Virus record (IMG/VR): IMGVR_UViG_2671180616_000002
Location: 4,542-68,541 of that record
Reading direction: 5' to 3' (one strand)
Length of the DNA stretch: 64,000 nt
From: a virus
Lineage: Duplodnaviria; Caudoviricetes
The translations under genes and the position numbers were made by a program. Shown piece by piece: positions 28,682-37,317 of this stretch. How positions within the stretch are numbered: position 1 is the stretch's first letter; each line of letters starts with the position of its first letter. Below the pieces are notes generated by a model, which saw nothing but the letters and a program-made list of their open reading frames with translations, was not told where the DNA came from and did no database searches.

Positions 28682-29098
28682 CTAGGCGGCGAGCGCGGCG
28701 TCGGTCTGGATAAGGGTGCGGGGGGTGTAGTCGGCGTCGTCCTGGTCGCGGGCGAGCTCGTAGAAGAAGAGGGCTTGCGCGTCCGTGGTCGGCGCGGGTG
28801 CGGGGCGGACGTACTTGGTGGGAGCCGGCCGGTCGAGGACGTAGGCGATGCGGTGGAGCGTGTACGCCTGGATGCCGGAGAGGTGGAACTGGCGCTCGTC
28901 GCCGCGGAGGCGGCACATGGCGACGATGGCGATGCTGCCGTTCTTCGTGGTGCGGACTTCGTGTACCTCGATGGTGCGGACGGTGGGCTCGGTCTCGCCG
29001 GGCTTGAGGTAGGTGATGGTGATGGCGTGCTGGTGGTCGAGGGCGCGGTAGAGGTCGGTGAGGGTCTTGGTGGTGGTCTGACGTCGTGTGATGCGCAT
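28682..29098 (-). CDS. Stand-alone WYL-domain protein
   Basis: ALDHQHAITITYLKPG...RTIEVHEV...IVAMCRLRGDERQFHLSGI fits the WYL pattern; no HTH. Confidence 0.75.
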   Translation of the reverse strand: MRITRRQTTTKTLTDLYRALDHQHAITITYLKPGETEPTVRTIEVHEVRTTKNGSIAIVAMCRLRGDERQFHLSGIQAYTLHRIAYVLDRPAPTKYVRPAPAPTTDAQALFFYELARDQDDADYTPRTLIQTDAALAA

Positions 29099-29140
29099 TT
29101 GGTGCCCCCGCTGCTTGGTGGTGTGGTTTCACCGTAGCAC

Positions 29141-29168
29141 GTAAGTCGTTGCGTGCGTAGCGATTTAC
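29141..29168. promoter_or_regulatory. 28-bp palindromic operator/promoter motif, copy 1
   Basis: GTAAGTCGTTGCGTGCGTAGCGATTTAC; a TACGGT -10 follows on the minus strand toward the WYL gene. Confidence 0.75.
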
Positions 29169-29214
29169 AGATACGGTTGGGAACAGCCGGACAGACACCG
29201 GCCACCAACCGGCT

Positions 29215-29242
29215 CGTAACGGTTGCGTGCGTAGCGACTTAT
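29215..29242. promoter_or_regulatory. 28-bp motif, copy 2 (left arm degenerate)
   Basis: CGTAACGGTTGCGTGCGTAGCGACTTAT. Confidence 0.7.
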
Positions 29243-29329
29243 TGAGGGAGACTTAGCGTGCCCACCACACACAGCAGCGGGCGCCCGCCCGGCCGCCGGG
29301 ACGGACGCCGGCCGCCGGAAGGACACGCC

Positions 29330-29901
29330 GTGCCCCGAACCAGCCTGCGAGCCCACGCAGTCGACGCCCTGCCCGACGCCAGGAAGGCCGTCACGTTCCT
29401 GGAGGAGGCCGGGCAGCCCGCCCTGGCCACCGCCGTCTCCAGGATCGTGGAATTCACCGAGGACCGTACCGGCGCCGAGATCAGGAACGCCCGACGGGAC
29501 GCCGACCTGGACCCCCCGGTCTCCCTGTTCGTCACGGAAGCGTTCAAGAACCACATCAAGGCGGCTCAGGACCCCAAGAAGCCGCTCGCCCAGGTCGTCA
29601 CCCCGTACCTGGACAAGTTCCTGGCCGGCCGGTGGACGCCGCCGGCACCGCCTGGCGTTCCGGTCGTCAAGGGTGTCGTGCCGACGCTGAAGCGCGCCCC
29701 GCGGGGGCCGCGCCCGCCAAGTCGTCCATGACGGTGCGTATCCCGCAGGACCTGTTCGAGAAGGTCGACGCCCGGGCGAAGGACCCGGCGCGGGCGGCAG
29801 AGCGCGGGTACGCGCTGAACGGCCGCATGGTGATGATCGCCGCCCTGGCTGAGGAGTTCAAAGTCCCGGACGACGCTCTGACCGGCGCCAAGAGCAAGTA
29901 G
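29330..29901 (+). CDS. Tandem ribbon-helix-helix regulator; apparent single-G loss at about 29705
   Basis: RHH1 PPVSLFVTEAFKNHIKAA...LAQVVTPYLDKFL. Adding one G joins RHH2 KSSMTVRIPQDLFEKVDARA...RMVMIAALAEEF. Confidence 0.65.
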
Positions 29902-29980
29902 GTACCGCGCGGGCGGGGCCTGGACGCCGACAACTGGGCCCCGACACCGCAGCACCCCGCACAACCACATAGGAGACCTC

Positions 29981-31222
29981 ATGGCCACGGCCACCGAGGC
30001 CCCCGCCAGCGTCACGGCGGAGGGCCCCACCTCGCACACCCAAAACCAGGCCGATGCGCTCGCGAAGCTGCGCGAGCCGTTCCAGCCCAACCAGATCTCC
30101 AAGCTTCCCAAGATCTGGTGCGGCAAGTGCTCCAAGTCCCAGTACAAGGTGTGCGATGACCACACCCGGGAGCGTTGCGACGTCTGCGCCGGGAAGATGA
30201 CCAGCGCGCACCTGCACCTCGACTATGTCGGTCACGCCGAGTTGACCGGCCGCCTGCTTGAGGCCGACCCCCTGTGGACGTGGGAGCCGATGGCGTTCGA
30301 CGCGGATGGGCTGCCCAAGTTCGACCAGCATGGCGGGCTGTGGATCCGGCTCACGGTCGCAGGGCACACCCGACTCGGCTACGGCGACGCCCAGGAAAAG
30401 ACGGGCCCGAACGCGGTCAAGGAAGCGATCGGGGACGCTCTACGGAACGCTGGCATGCGCTTCGGTGCCGCGCTCACGCTGTGGTCCAAGACGGACATGG
30501 ACGAGGCGGACGCGCAGAAGAAGAACCTGTCCACCGAGCCGTCCCGCGAGGACAGGCTGGAAGACCTGTACGGGCTGATGCAAAAGCGGTGGGGCCACCT
30601 GGGCGGCATGCGCGCCCTGAAGGTCATGGTCGGCGAGGAGTCCTTCCACGAGTCCCAGGTCCGCGACCCGGCCGGCCAGCTTCGCCTCTTCGGCCAGATC
30701 ATCGACGACCGCATCCTGGAGCTCCTGGACCAGGAGAAGACGCAGAAGTTCATGAGCGCCGCGCGCAGCGGGTGGAACGACCTCGCGGCGACGGAGAAGA
30801 ACTTGGAGGACGCCCGCGCGAAGAAGCTGCTGGACGTGACGATCCCGTTCGGCACCCCGGAGACCCCGACCCGGATCGAGGACCTGCTCGTCACCCGCAT
30901 CGCGGAGCTGAAGGGCAAGCCCAACGAGCCGTCGGCCACCGCAACCTCGGAGCAGGGGGCGGCCGGAAGTGACCCCATCGACCACCTGATGTCCCAGGTG
31001 CAGAACCACTGGGCCGACTTCACCGAGCTGACGAAGACGCTCGCCGAGGCCGGGCGCCGCAACCAGCTCGCCCGCGAGGTCGAAGGCCCGCTCGGCACCC
31101 AGGTGCAGTTCGGGGCCATGGTGACCGCCCGTATCGCCGAGCTGAAGGCGATGGCGCAGAAGCAGGCCCAGGACGCCGAGCAAGCCGCCCACACACGCGA
31201 CAGCCAGAGGAGCGCCGCCTGA
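29981..31222 (+). CDS. Rad52/Sak-like single-strand annealing protein with zinc insert and C-terminal repeats
   Basis: LREPF..., LDYVGHA, WTWEP, LWIRLTV, KEAIGDALRNAGMRFG..L.LW. Confidence 0.75.
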   Translation: MATATEAPASVTAEGPTSHTQNQADALAKLREPFQPNQISKLPKIWCGKCSKSQYKVCDDHTRERCDVCAGKMTSAHLHLDYVGHAELTGRLLEADPLWTWEPMAFDADGLPKFDQHGGLWIRLTVAGHTRLGYGDAQEKTGPNAVKEAIGDALRNAGMRFGAALTLWSKTDMDEADAQKKNLSTEPSREDRLEDLYGLMQKRWGHLGGMRALKVMVGEESFHESQVRDPAGQLRLFGQIIDDRILELLDQEKTQKFMSAARSGWNDLAATEKNLEDARAKKLLDVTIPFGTPETPTRIEDLLVTRIAELKGKPNEPSATATSEQGAAGSDPIDHLMSQVQNHWADFTELTKTLAEAGRRNQLAREVEGPLGTQVQFGAMVTARIAELKAMAQKQAQDAEQAAHTRDSQRSAA

Positions 31223-32637
31223 TGCTCGTCAACCGCCGCACGCTGGACGGAGATACGACGGACGCCTTCTGTGGCGCCGGTGGCTCGTCCGAGGGTGCCC
31301 GTCAGGTGGGCGTGAAGGTCCGTACCGCGCTGAACCACTGGCGGCTCGCTGTCGACGTCCACAACGCCAACCACGTGGAGACCACGCACGACTGTGCGGA
31401 TATCTCCCAGGTCGACCCCCGCCGGTACCCGACCACGACGTTCGCCTGGTTCTCCCCGTCCTGCACTAACCACTCCATCGCCAAGGGCCGTAAGCGGCAC
31501 ATCGACGCCACCCCCGACCTCTTCGAGGAGACGCTGCCCGACGAGGCCGCGGAACGCTCCCGCGCGACGATGTGGGACGTCGTGCGGTTCACCGAGTACC
31601 ACCGCTACCGGGCGGTCATCGTGGAAAACGTAGTCGATGCCCGCGACTGGATCCTGTGGCCCGCCTGGTTCACTGCCATGAAGGCCATGCGGTACCGGGC
31701 CAAGGTCGTCTACCTCAACTCGATGCACGCTCAGGCGCTGGGCCCGGGTGCCTGTCAGTCGCGGGACCGCATGTACGTGGTGTTCTGGCTGGAGGGTGAG
31801 AAGGAGCCGGACTTCGCCCGGTGGACGCGCCCGATGGCGCACTGCACCGGGTGCGACAAGGTCGTGCGGGCGGTCCAGGCGTGGAAGAACCCGGACCGGT
31901 CGTACGGCAAGTACAAGACGCAGTACGTATGGCGCTGCCCCACCGCCCGCTGTCACGCCGAGGTCTTCCCGGCAGTGAGGCCGGCCGCCGACGCGATCGA
32001 CTGGGCTCTGCCCGCGGTCCGGATCGGAGACCGGGAACGGCCTCTGGCGGACAAGACGATGAAGCGCATCCGGGACGGCTTCGAGGCGTACGCCCGCCCG
32101 ATGCTGGTGCCGGTTGAAGGCCGGGAGGGGAAGGTGGCCCGGCCGGCGGATCTGCCGATGCGGACCTGCACGGCCCGCAACGAGACCGGTCTGGCCGTCC
32201 CTCCGTACGTGGTGGAACTGCGCGGAGGTGGCTCCAGCCACCGCCCACTCAGCGAGCCGCTCGCCACCGTATGCGCCTCCGGCAACCACCACGGCCTGGT
32301 CGCCCCCGACTTGGTCCTGCCCTACTACGGCAACGCCACCGCCCGCCCCACCGACGAACCGATCCCGACCATTACCACCGTGGACCGGCACGCTCTCCTC
32401 AAGGGCGGCCCAGTCACCAGGGCCGAGGACCTCGGCTTCCGGATGCTGTCCCCGGCCGAGTATGCCGCGGCGATGGAGTTCCCCCAGTCGTACATCTGGC
32501 TGGGCAACAAGCGCGAGCGGGTCCGCATGGCGGGGAACGCCGTCACCCCGCCCGCTGCCCGTGATCTGTTCGCCTGCGTCGCCGAGGCAGTGCTCGGCGT
32601 CTCCTACGACACCCCCGAGCTCGTCACCGCGGCCTGA
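31222..32637 (+). CDS. DNA (cytosine-5) methyltransferase
   Basis: Motifs I FCGAGG, IV SPSC, VI ENV, VIII QSRDR, IX-X RMLSP...GNAV. Confidence 0.92.
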   Translation: MLVNRRTLDGDTTDAFCGAGGSSEGARQVGVKVRTALNHWRLAVDVHNANHVETTHDCADISQVDPRRYPTTTFAWFSPSCTNHSIAKGRKRHIDATPDLFEETLPDEAAERSRATMWDVVRFTEYHRYRAVIVENVVDARDWILWPAWFTAMKAMRYRAKVVYLNSMHAQALGPGACQSRDRMYVVFWLEGEKEPDFARWTRPMAHCTGCDKVVRAVQAWKNPDRSYGKYKTQYVWRCPTARCHAEVFPAVRPAADAIDWALPAVRIGDRERPLADKTMKRIRDGFEAYARPMLVPVEGREGKVARPADLPMRTCTARNETGLAVPPYVVELRGGGSSHRPLSEPLATVCASGNHHGLVAPDLVLPYYGNATARPTDEPIPTITTVDRHALLKGGPVTRAEDLGFRMLSPAEYAAAMEFPQSYIWLGNKRERVRMAGNAVTPPAARDLFACVAEAVLGVSYDTPELVTAA

Positions 32638-32692
32638 GCCTCCCGGCTCCGCCACCCACAAGCACGACCCGCCCCTTCCCAAGGAGATCACC

Positions 32693-33523
32693 GTGCTCAT
32701 CCCCAACACGCCGTCCAACAACGGCCCCGAGTACCACATCGTCAACGTCACCCCGGAGCTCGCCGAAAAGTGGCTGACGCAGAACACCCGCAACCGGAAG
32801 ATCCGCGAGACGGCGGTCGCCGGGTACGCCCGGGACATGGAGGCCGGCGCCTGGGCGGAGAACGGTGAGTCGCTGAAGTTCGCCATAGACGAGACGCTCC
32901 TGGACGGGCAGCACCGGCTGCGGGCCATCGTCCGCTCCGGGGTGACTCTGCGGATGCTGGTCATCACCGGGTTGCAGCCGGAGACGCAGGAGACCATGGA
33001 CGACGGCCGTAAGCGCACCGTCGCGGACGCGCTCGCGCTGCGGGGGGAGTCGAACGCCACCCAGCTGGGCGCGGTCGTACGGCGCTGCCTGATGTGGACG
33101 CAGGGCATCCAGCGCAACGTGGGCAACCGGCCGCCGACGAACACGGAGTGCCTGGCGTTCTTCGCCGCCCACCCGGAGCTGCGGGTCTCGACGTCTGTGG
33201 CGACGGGGATGCGCAAGTCCGCGGCGCTGCCAGCGTCGGTGCTGGGCCTGACGCACTGGGTGTTCAACCAGATCGACGCCGAGGACTGCGCCTGGTTCTT
33301 CGACCGCCTCGCCACGGGAGCGAACTTGGAGCAGTTCCACCCGGTGTGGACGCTCCGCAAGCGCACCTTCGAGATCAGCACCGACCAGGGCCGGGTCCCG
33401 GAAGACATGCTGCTGGCCTTCGTCATCAAGTCGTGGAACGCCTACCGCGACGGCATCCCGCTGAAGCTGCTGCGGTTCTCGCCGGGTGGCGCCAACCCGG
33501 AGAAGTTCCCGCAGCCCAAGTAA
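32693..33523 (+). CDS. ParB/Srx-superfamily (DGQHR) phage protein
   Basis: VTPELAEKWL..NTRNR...YARDM..GAW...LLDGQHRLRAI; AAGGAG RBS. Confidence 0.75.
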   Translation: MLIPNTPSNNGPEYHIVNVTPELAEKWLTQNTRNRKIRETAVAGYARDMEAGAWAENGESLKFAIDETLLDGQHRLRAIVRSGVTLRMLVITGLQPETQETMDDGRKRTVADALALRGESNATQLGAVVRRCLMWTQGIQRNVGNRPPTNTECLAFFAAHPELRVSTSVATGMRKSAALPASVLGLTHWVFNQIDAEDCAWFFDRLATGANLEQFHPVWTLRKRTFEISTDQGRVPEDMLLAFVIKSWNAYRDGIPLKLLRFSPGGANPEKFPQPK

Positions 33524-33637
33524 CCCACCACCAGCCCCGGGGCGCCCCGCATGGGTGTCGCCCCGGGGCTGTGCTGTACCCGCACCCCGCCCACCCCGCC
33601 GTCCGCCCGGGCCGGCGCCGCCTTGAGGAGGCTGGTC

Positions 33638-33898
33638 ATGTCCGATGCTCTGCTGCCCAGTGTCGTGGTCGTCCTGATCGCCATGGGCGGCCTGTACGCG
33701 GCCACCGAAGCCTGGTGGCGCCGCACGAACCCGAAGCCGCCCCCGCCGCACTCCCGTTCCGCCCTCCGACGCCGGGAGGTGGACCTGCTCATCGTCGCGG
33801 AGGCGATCGTCGCCGACCGGTACACGGTGATCGCCGACCTGTACGAGACCCCCGCCGAGCCGGTGCCCGCCCCGTTTCGGGTGCGGGCCGACCGCTGA
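33638..33898 (+). CDS. Small membrane protein
   Basis: GAGGAGG RBS, N-terminal TM. Confidence 0.5.
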   Translation: MSDALLPSVVVVLIAMGGLYAATEAWWRRTNPKPPPPHSRSALRRREVDLLIVAEAIVADRYTVIADLYETPAEPVPAPFRVRADR

Positions 33899-33923
33899 CC
33901 CCGTCCGCCGACTCGTCTGGGAG

Positions 33924-34211
33924 GTGAGTGTCTTGCTGATCTGGACCGCTGTACTCGCCCTGGCCGTCGCCGTGCTGGGCGTGACCGCGTGGTGGAGGGT
34001 GCGCCGCGCCCTGGCCGCGGAGCGTGCCCGCCGGCAGCTGACGGAGGCCATGCAGCACCGCGACCTGTGCGCGTTCACCGCCCGGGTGCAGGACCTGACC
34101 AACGCCCGCGCGGTGATGGACGCCGCCGCGGCCGTCGTCGACCAGGCCCTCGCCGCACTTCCCGCCCATCACCAGCCCGACCCGACCGAAGAGGAGGGGG
34201 GATCGTCATGA
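33924..34211 (+). CDS. Small membrane protein
   Basis: N-terminal TM followed by a coiled coil. Confidence 0.5.
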   Translation: MSVLLIWTAVLALAVAVLGVTAWWRVRRALAAERARRQLTEAMQHRDLCAFTARVQDLTNARAVMDAAAAVVDQALAALPAHHQPDPTEEEGGSS

Positions 34212-35140
34212 CACCCACCACGCCCCGTATACCGACAGCCCGTACCGCTGAGATCACGCTCGTCGACCACCCGTACTACCGCTACCGGGGGTGCGCCCCC
34301 GACCCTGAGCGGCCGGGCATGGCCGCGGGCGCCGACCTCCCCCACAACACGTGGATCGCCCCGGACGTGGACGGCGGGGAGGAGCAGACGGAGCGCCGCG
34401 CCCGTGAGAACGCCGCTATCGCCGTCTGCCACCGGTGCCCAGTGCTGCGCGAGTGCGCGGCGTTCGCCAACTCGGAGACGGACGACGGTCACCTGGCCCT
34501 GGAGTCCGGGATAGCCGGCGGCACCCGGGCCCTGGACCGCCACCGGGATCTGATCGCCCGCCGCCTTCAGGCCGGGCCCATCGCCGCACCGGACAAGCTG
34601 CCCGCCCAGGTCCACACCGCACAGAAGCAAGCCGTCCTGCGCGCCCTGGCCGCCCACGTCTCTGCGGAGGCGGTGGCGGAGGCCGCGGGGATGGATCTGC
34701 GGACCGCGGCCTGGCAGCGCTCCCGCCTGGTGACGCTGCTGGGCCTGGACAAGGCGACCGCGACCCGCCGCGAGCTCCTGGACGTGGCGGTGCGGGCCGG
34801 GCTGCTGGACGGGGTGCAGGTCGTGGCCTGTGACGGCACGGTGCCCGCGGTCCCCCCGCCGCCGGCCCCCGCACCAGCGCCCGTCCTCATCACCGCCGCC
34901 GCCCCGGCACCGGCCGCGCAGAACCCGCCCGCCCCCGCGGCGGCCCCGGGCCCGGCGCCTGCCGCGGCCGTCGACGACGCCGCCCCGTACGTCCCCGTGC
35001 GCATCCCCTCCCCGCGCCGGGCCCGCTTCACCAAGGTCCCCGGACAACTACAACTCCCCCTCCTCGACCCGGCCGGGCGTACCCGCCTGCACCTGGTCCC
35101 CACCCTGCCCGCCACCCACGCCCTGGAGCCCGCCGCATGA
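34208..35140 (+). CDS. WhiB-like Fe-S domain fused to a LuxR-like HTH and Pro/Ala tail
   Basis: YRGC...AIAVCHRCPVLREC...GIAGG; then TAQKQAVLRALA...AEAVAEAAGMDLRTA. Confidence 0.65.
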   Translation: MTPTTPRIPTARTAEITLVDHPYYRYRGCAPDPERPGMAAGADLPHNTWIAPDVDGGEEQTERRARENAAIAVCHRCPVLRECAAFANSETDDGHLALESGIAGGTRALDRHRDLIARRLQAGPIAAPDKLPAQVHTAQKQAVLRALAAHVSAEAVAEAAGMDLRTAAWQRSRLVTLLGLDKATATRRELLDVAVRAGLLDGVQVVACDGTVPAVPPPPAPAPAPVLITAAAPAPAAQNPPAPAAAPGPAPAAAVDDAAPYVPVRIPSPRRARFTKVPGQLQLPLLDPAGRTRLHLVPTLPATHALEPAA

Positions 35141-35568
35141 CCACCACCCCCACCCCCGCGCCCGCACCGGACGCCCCCGGCGCGGACCTCACTACGGCCG
35201 CCGACCATGTCCTGGCCGAACGGTGCGCGAACAGCGGTCAGTACATAGCTGGGCTCATCGCCGCCGGCATGCTCGACGCCGTCGGTACTCCGCGCCAGTT
35301 GCCCCGGTACCTGTTCCCCGACGTGGACCCCGCCGTCGCACAGGAAATCTTCGACCGGGGCGCGGCCACCGGCTACCGCGCCGCAATGCTGGCCGCCAAC
35401 CCCCAGTGGACCCGTGAAGGCATCGACCGCCTCCGTGCCGCGCTGCGCGACGCCGGGTACAGCGCCATGGGCGCCAGCGCCGACCGCACCGCCAACACCC
35501 TCCGCCCACTCGACCACCCCGCCGACACCGACCAGGGCACCGACACCGCCCGCGGCGAGCACTGGTGA
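35137..35568 (+). CDS. Hypothetical protein
   Basis: ATGA overlap, codon bias. Confidence 0.55.
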   Translation: MTTTPTPAPAPDAPGADLTTAADHVLAERCANSGQYIAGLIAAGMLDAVGTPRQLPRYLFPDVDPAVAQEIFDRGAATGYRAAMLAANPQWTREGIDRLRAALRDAGYSAMGASADRTANTLRPLDHPADTDQGTDTARGEHW

Positions 35569-35999
35569 GCGGGCGCCCCGGGCGAGGCCGGCCCGCGGTC
35601 TTCGACGAAGGCCGCCGCGAAAAGTACCTGGCCGCCATCACCGGCGGCATGAAAGCCCACGAAGCCGCCGTGCGCGCAGGCGTCTCTCGCAACATCCCCG
35701 CCCAGTACGCCAAGACCGACTCTGCTTTCGCCGCCGCCTTGGCCTTGGCGAAGAAGAAGGGGAGGGCCCAGCGCCTCGACGACATGCCGCACAACGTGTC
35801 CCGGTACGTCAACTACGGCTGCCGCTGCCCGACCTGCCGGGCCGACGCCACGAAAAAGCGCGCCGCAAGCCCCGACCGGAAACCGAAAGCCCGCCCCGCA
35901 CCGGCCCCCACGCCCGCCTCCCATGAGGTGATCCACATGCCCAAACCGGCCCCGCAAACGCCTACTTCTTTGCCGCTGCTGCTGGTCAGAGCCTCGTAG
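35565..35999 (+). CDS. HTH + zinc-finger protein
   Basis: GRPAVF...AHEAAVRAGVSR; HNVSRYVNYGCRCPTCR. Confidence 0.6.
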   Translation: MSGRPGRGRPAVFDEGRREKYLAAITGGMKAHEAAVRAGVSRNIPAQYAKTDSAFAAALALAKKKGRAQRLDDMPHNVSRYVNYGCRCPTCRADATKKRAASPDRKPKARPAPAPTPASHEVIHMPKPAPQTPTSLPLLLVRAS

Positions 36000-36015
36000 A
36001 GGCCGGTGGGCCAAC

Positions 36016-36058
36016 TTTGCAAGATCACGTTATTTGCTGTGCAGAACTATAAGACAGA
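36016..36058 (-). repeat. Right copy of the 43-bp inverted repeat
   Basis: TTTGCAAGATCACGTTATTTGCTGTGCAGAACTATAAGACAGA is the reverse complement of 22633-22675 with one mismatch. Confidence 0.95.
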
Positions 36059-36420
36059 CCCAGGGAACCGGACGGGCGTGCGATGACACGAAAAACCCAT
36101 GACCAGACCAGGAATCAACACGATGGCCGCAACAGAGGACACGTGGCGCCTCGAACCGGTAGGCTGCGCCTGACGCCAGACGACCACTCAGCTACACGGC
36201 CCGACGGTGCACCCCAGACACAGGTCCGGCCCCGCTGTAACTCCCAGGTGCGTCAACACCAGGGAAGCGGGGCCGGGTCGACACTCAACCCTTACGAAGG
36301 TGCCGACATGGCGAAGCGTACCCGGGGGACTCCCCCGTCAGACAGTGGGACCCGCAAGTCCGGCGTGAACATCACACCGCTGGCAAGTTCGGGCCCTGTC
36401 ACCACTACACGTCCCACACG

Positions 36421-36801
36421 ATGAGCAGCCAGGCCGGCGAGGACATCCTCAGCTGGCTGGACACCGCCATCACGAAGGCGGAAGCCGACGCCGACCGCTG
36501 GCACGACGCGGAGTGCTCGTCCCACGGCACCACCATCCTTGATCTCACCGTGCTTCAGGACGGTGCCACGCTGTGCGACTGCGAGGGCCCCTCCGCAGTG
36601 CGACGTCGCTGCGTCGCCGACCGGAAGCTGATCGCGGCCCATCCGATCACCCGCGACGTGATCGCCGTGCATCCCGATGGCACCCACGGCTTCGGCTGCT
36701 CCGTGTGCCACAACGAGGACCTGCTGACAACCGGCGACGGCTGGTGCGACAGCCTGCGCGCCCTGGCCGAGGGCTACGGCTGGACGGAGGGCGAGCGATG
36801 A
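36421..36801 (+). CDS. DUF6221-like protein
   Basis: ILSWLDTAITKAE...VRRRCVADRKLIAAH...CSVC...WCDSLRALAEGYG. Confidence 0.55.
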   Translation: MSSQAGEDILSWLDTAITKAEADADRWHDAECSSHGTTILDLTVLQDGATLCDCEGPSAVRRRCVADRKLIAAHPITRDVIAVHPDGTHGFGCSVCHNEDLLTTGDGWCDSLRALAEGYGWTEGER

Positions 36802-37092
36802 GCGCCCCCACCGAAGCGGCGCCGTGGTACGGACGCAGCACTGCGAACGGCCAAACTCTGGTAGTGGCTGGCTCCCCGACGCACTGGCACCAGGCCGACA
36901 TGTCCATTCCCGGCGGCTGGCCGATGGTCAACGACGGACGGGGCTGGCAGGACGATCGTGATGCTCGCCGGATCCCGTACTCGCCGCATCCGGACATCCC
37001 CTGGATTTCTCACACCCACAAGGGTGCTGAGCAGACCTCACCCAGTAAGGGAGATCAGGTGACTTAGCGACTTCCTGAGCGGGAGGTCCTGG

Positions 37093-37284
37093 GCCCCTTG
37101 GCGGGGGCGCTTCCTCTACCGCTGGCCGCTGGTGTTGGCGCACCGTGCGCGGCCACTTCCTACGGCTCGGTTTGGCGACCGAGCTAAGGCCCGTCTTCTG
37201 GATCCCGGTTTGGCGACCGAGGCCCGTCAGGACGAGCGACTTACAGGTTCTCCACGAACCCAGCACCGCCGAGGCGGGGCTTTT
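37093..37284 (+). promoter_or_regulatory. Structured rep leader: four TTGGCG-loop hairpins plus a terminator-like hairpin
   Basis: Loops at 37098, 37135, 37172 and 37210, each closed by a stem; AGCACCGCC-GA-GGCGGGGCT-TTT at 37262-37284. Confidence 0.75.
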
Positions 37285-37317
37285 GCCTTGCAGCACACAA
37301 ACGAAGGCAGGTACATA

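Noticed and set aside
30379-33429. Very long antisense ORFs (also 11635-14616, 3285-5369, 709-2745)
   Set aside because: Shadow ORFs expected opposite real genes in high-GC DNA; no motifs.
34860-34980. Pro/Ala low-complexity repeats, and the Gly-X-Y repeats at 22080-22370
   Set aside because: Explained by protein linker or collagen coding.
22633-36058. 43-bp inverted repeats as IS/transposon ends or attL/attR
   Set aside because: No transposase, no flanking target duplication, and att cores would be direct repeats.
37093-37221. TTGGCG array as a CRISPR or mini-array
   Set aside because: Only the 6-nt loop is invariant across all four units and the 37-nt period is too short for repeat plus spacer.
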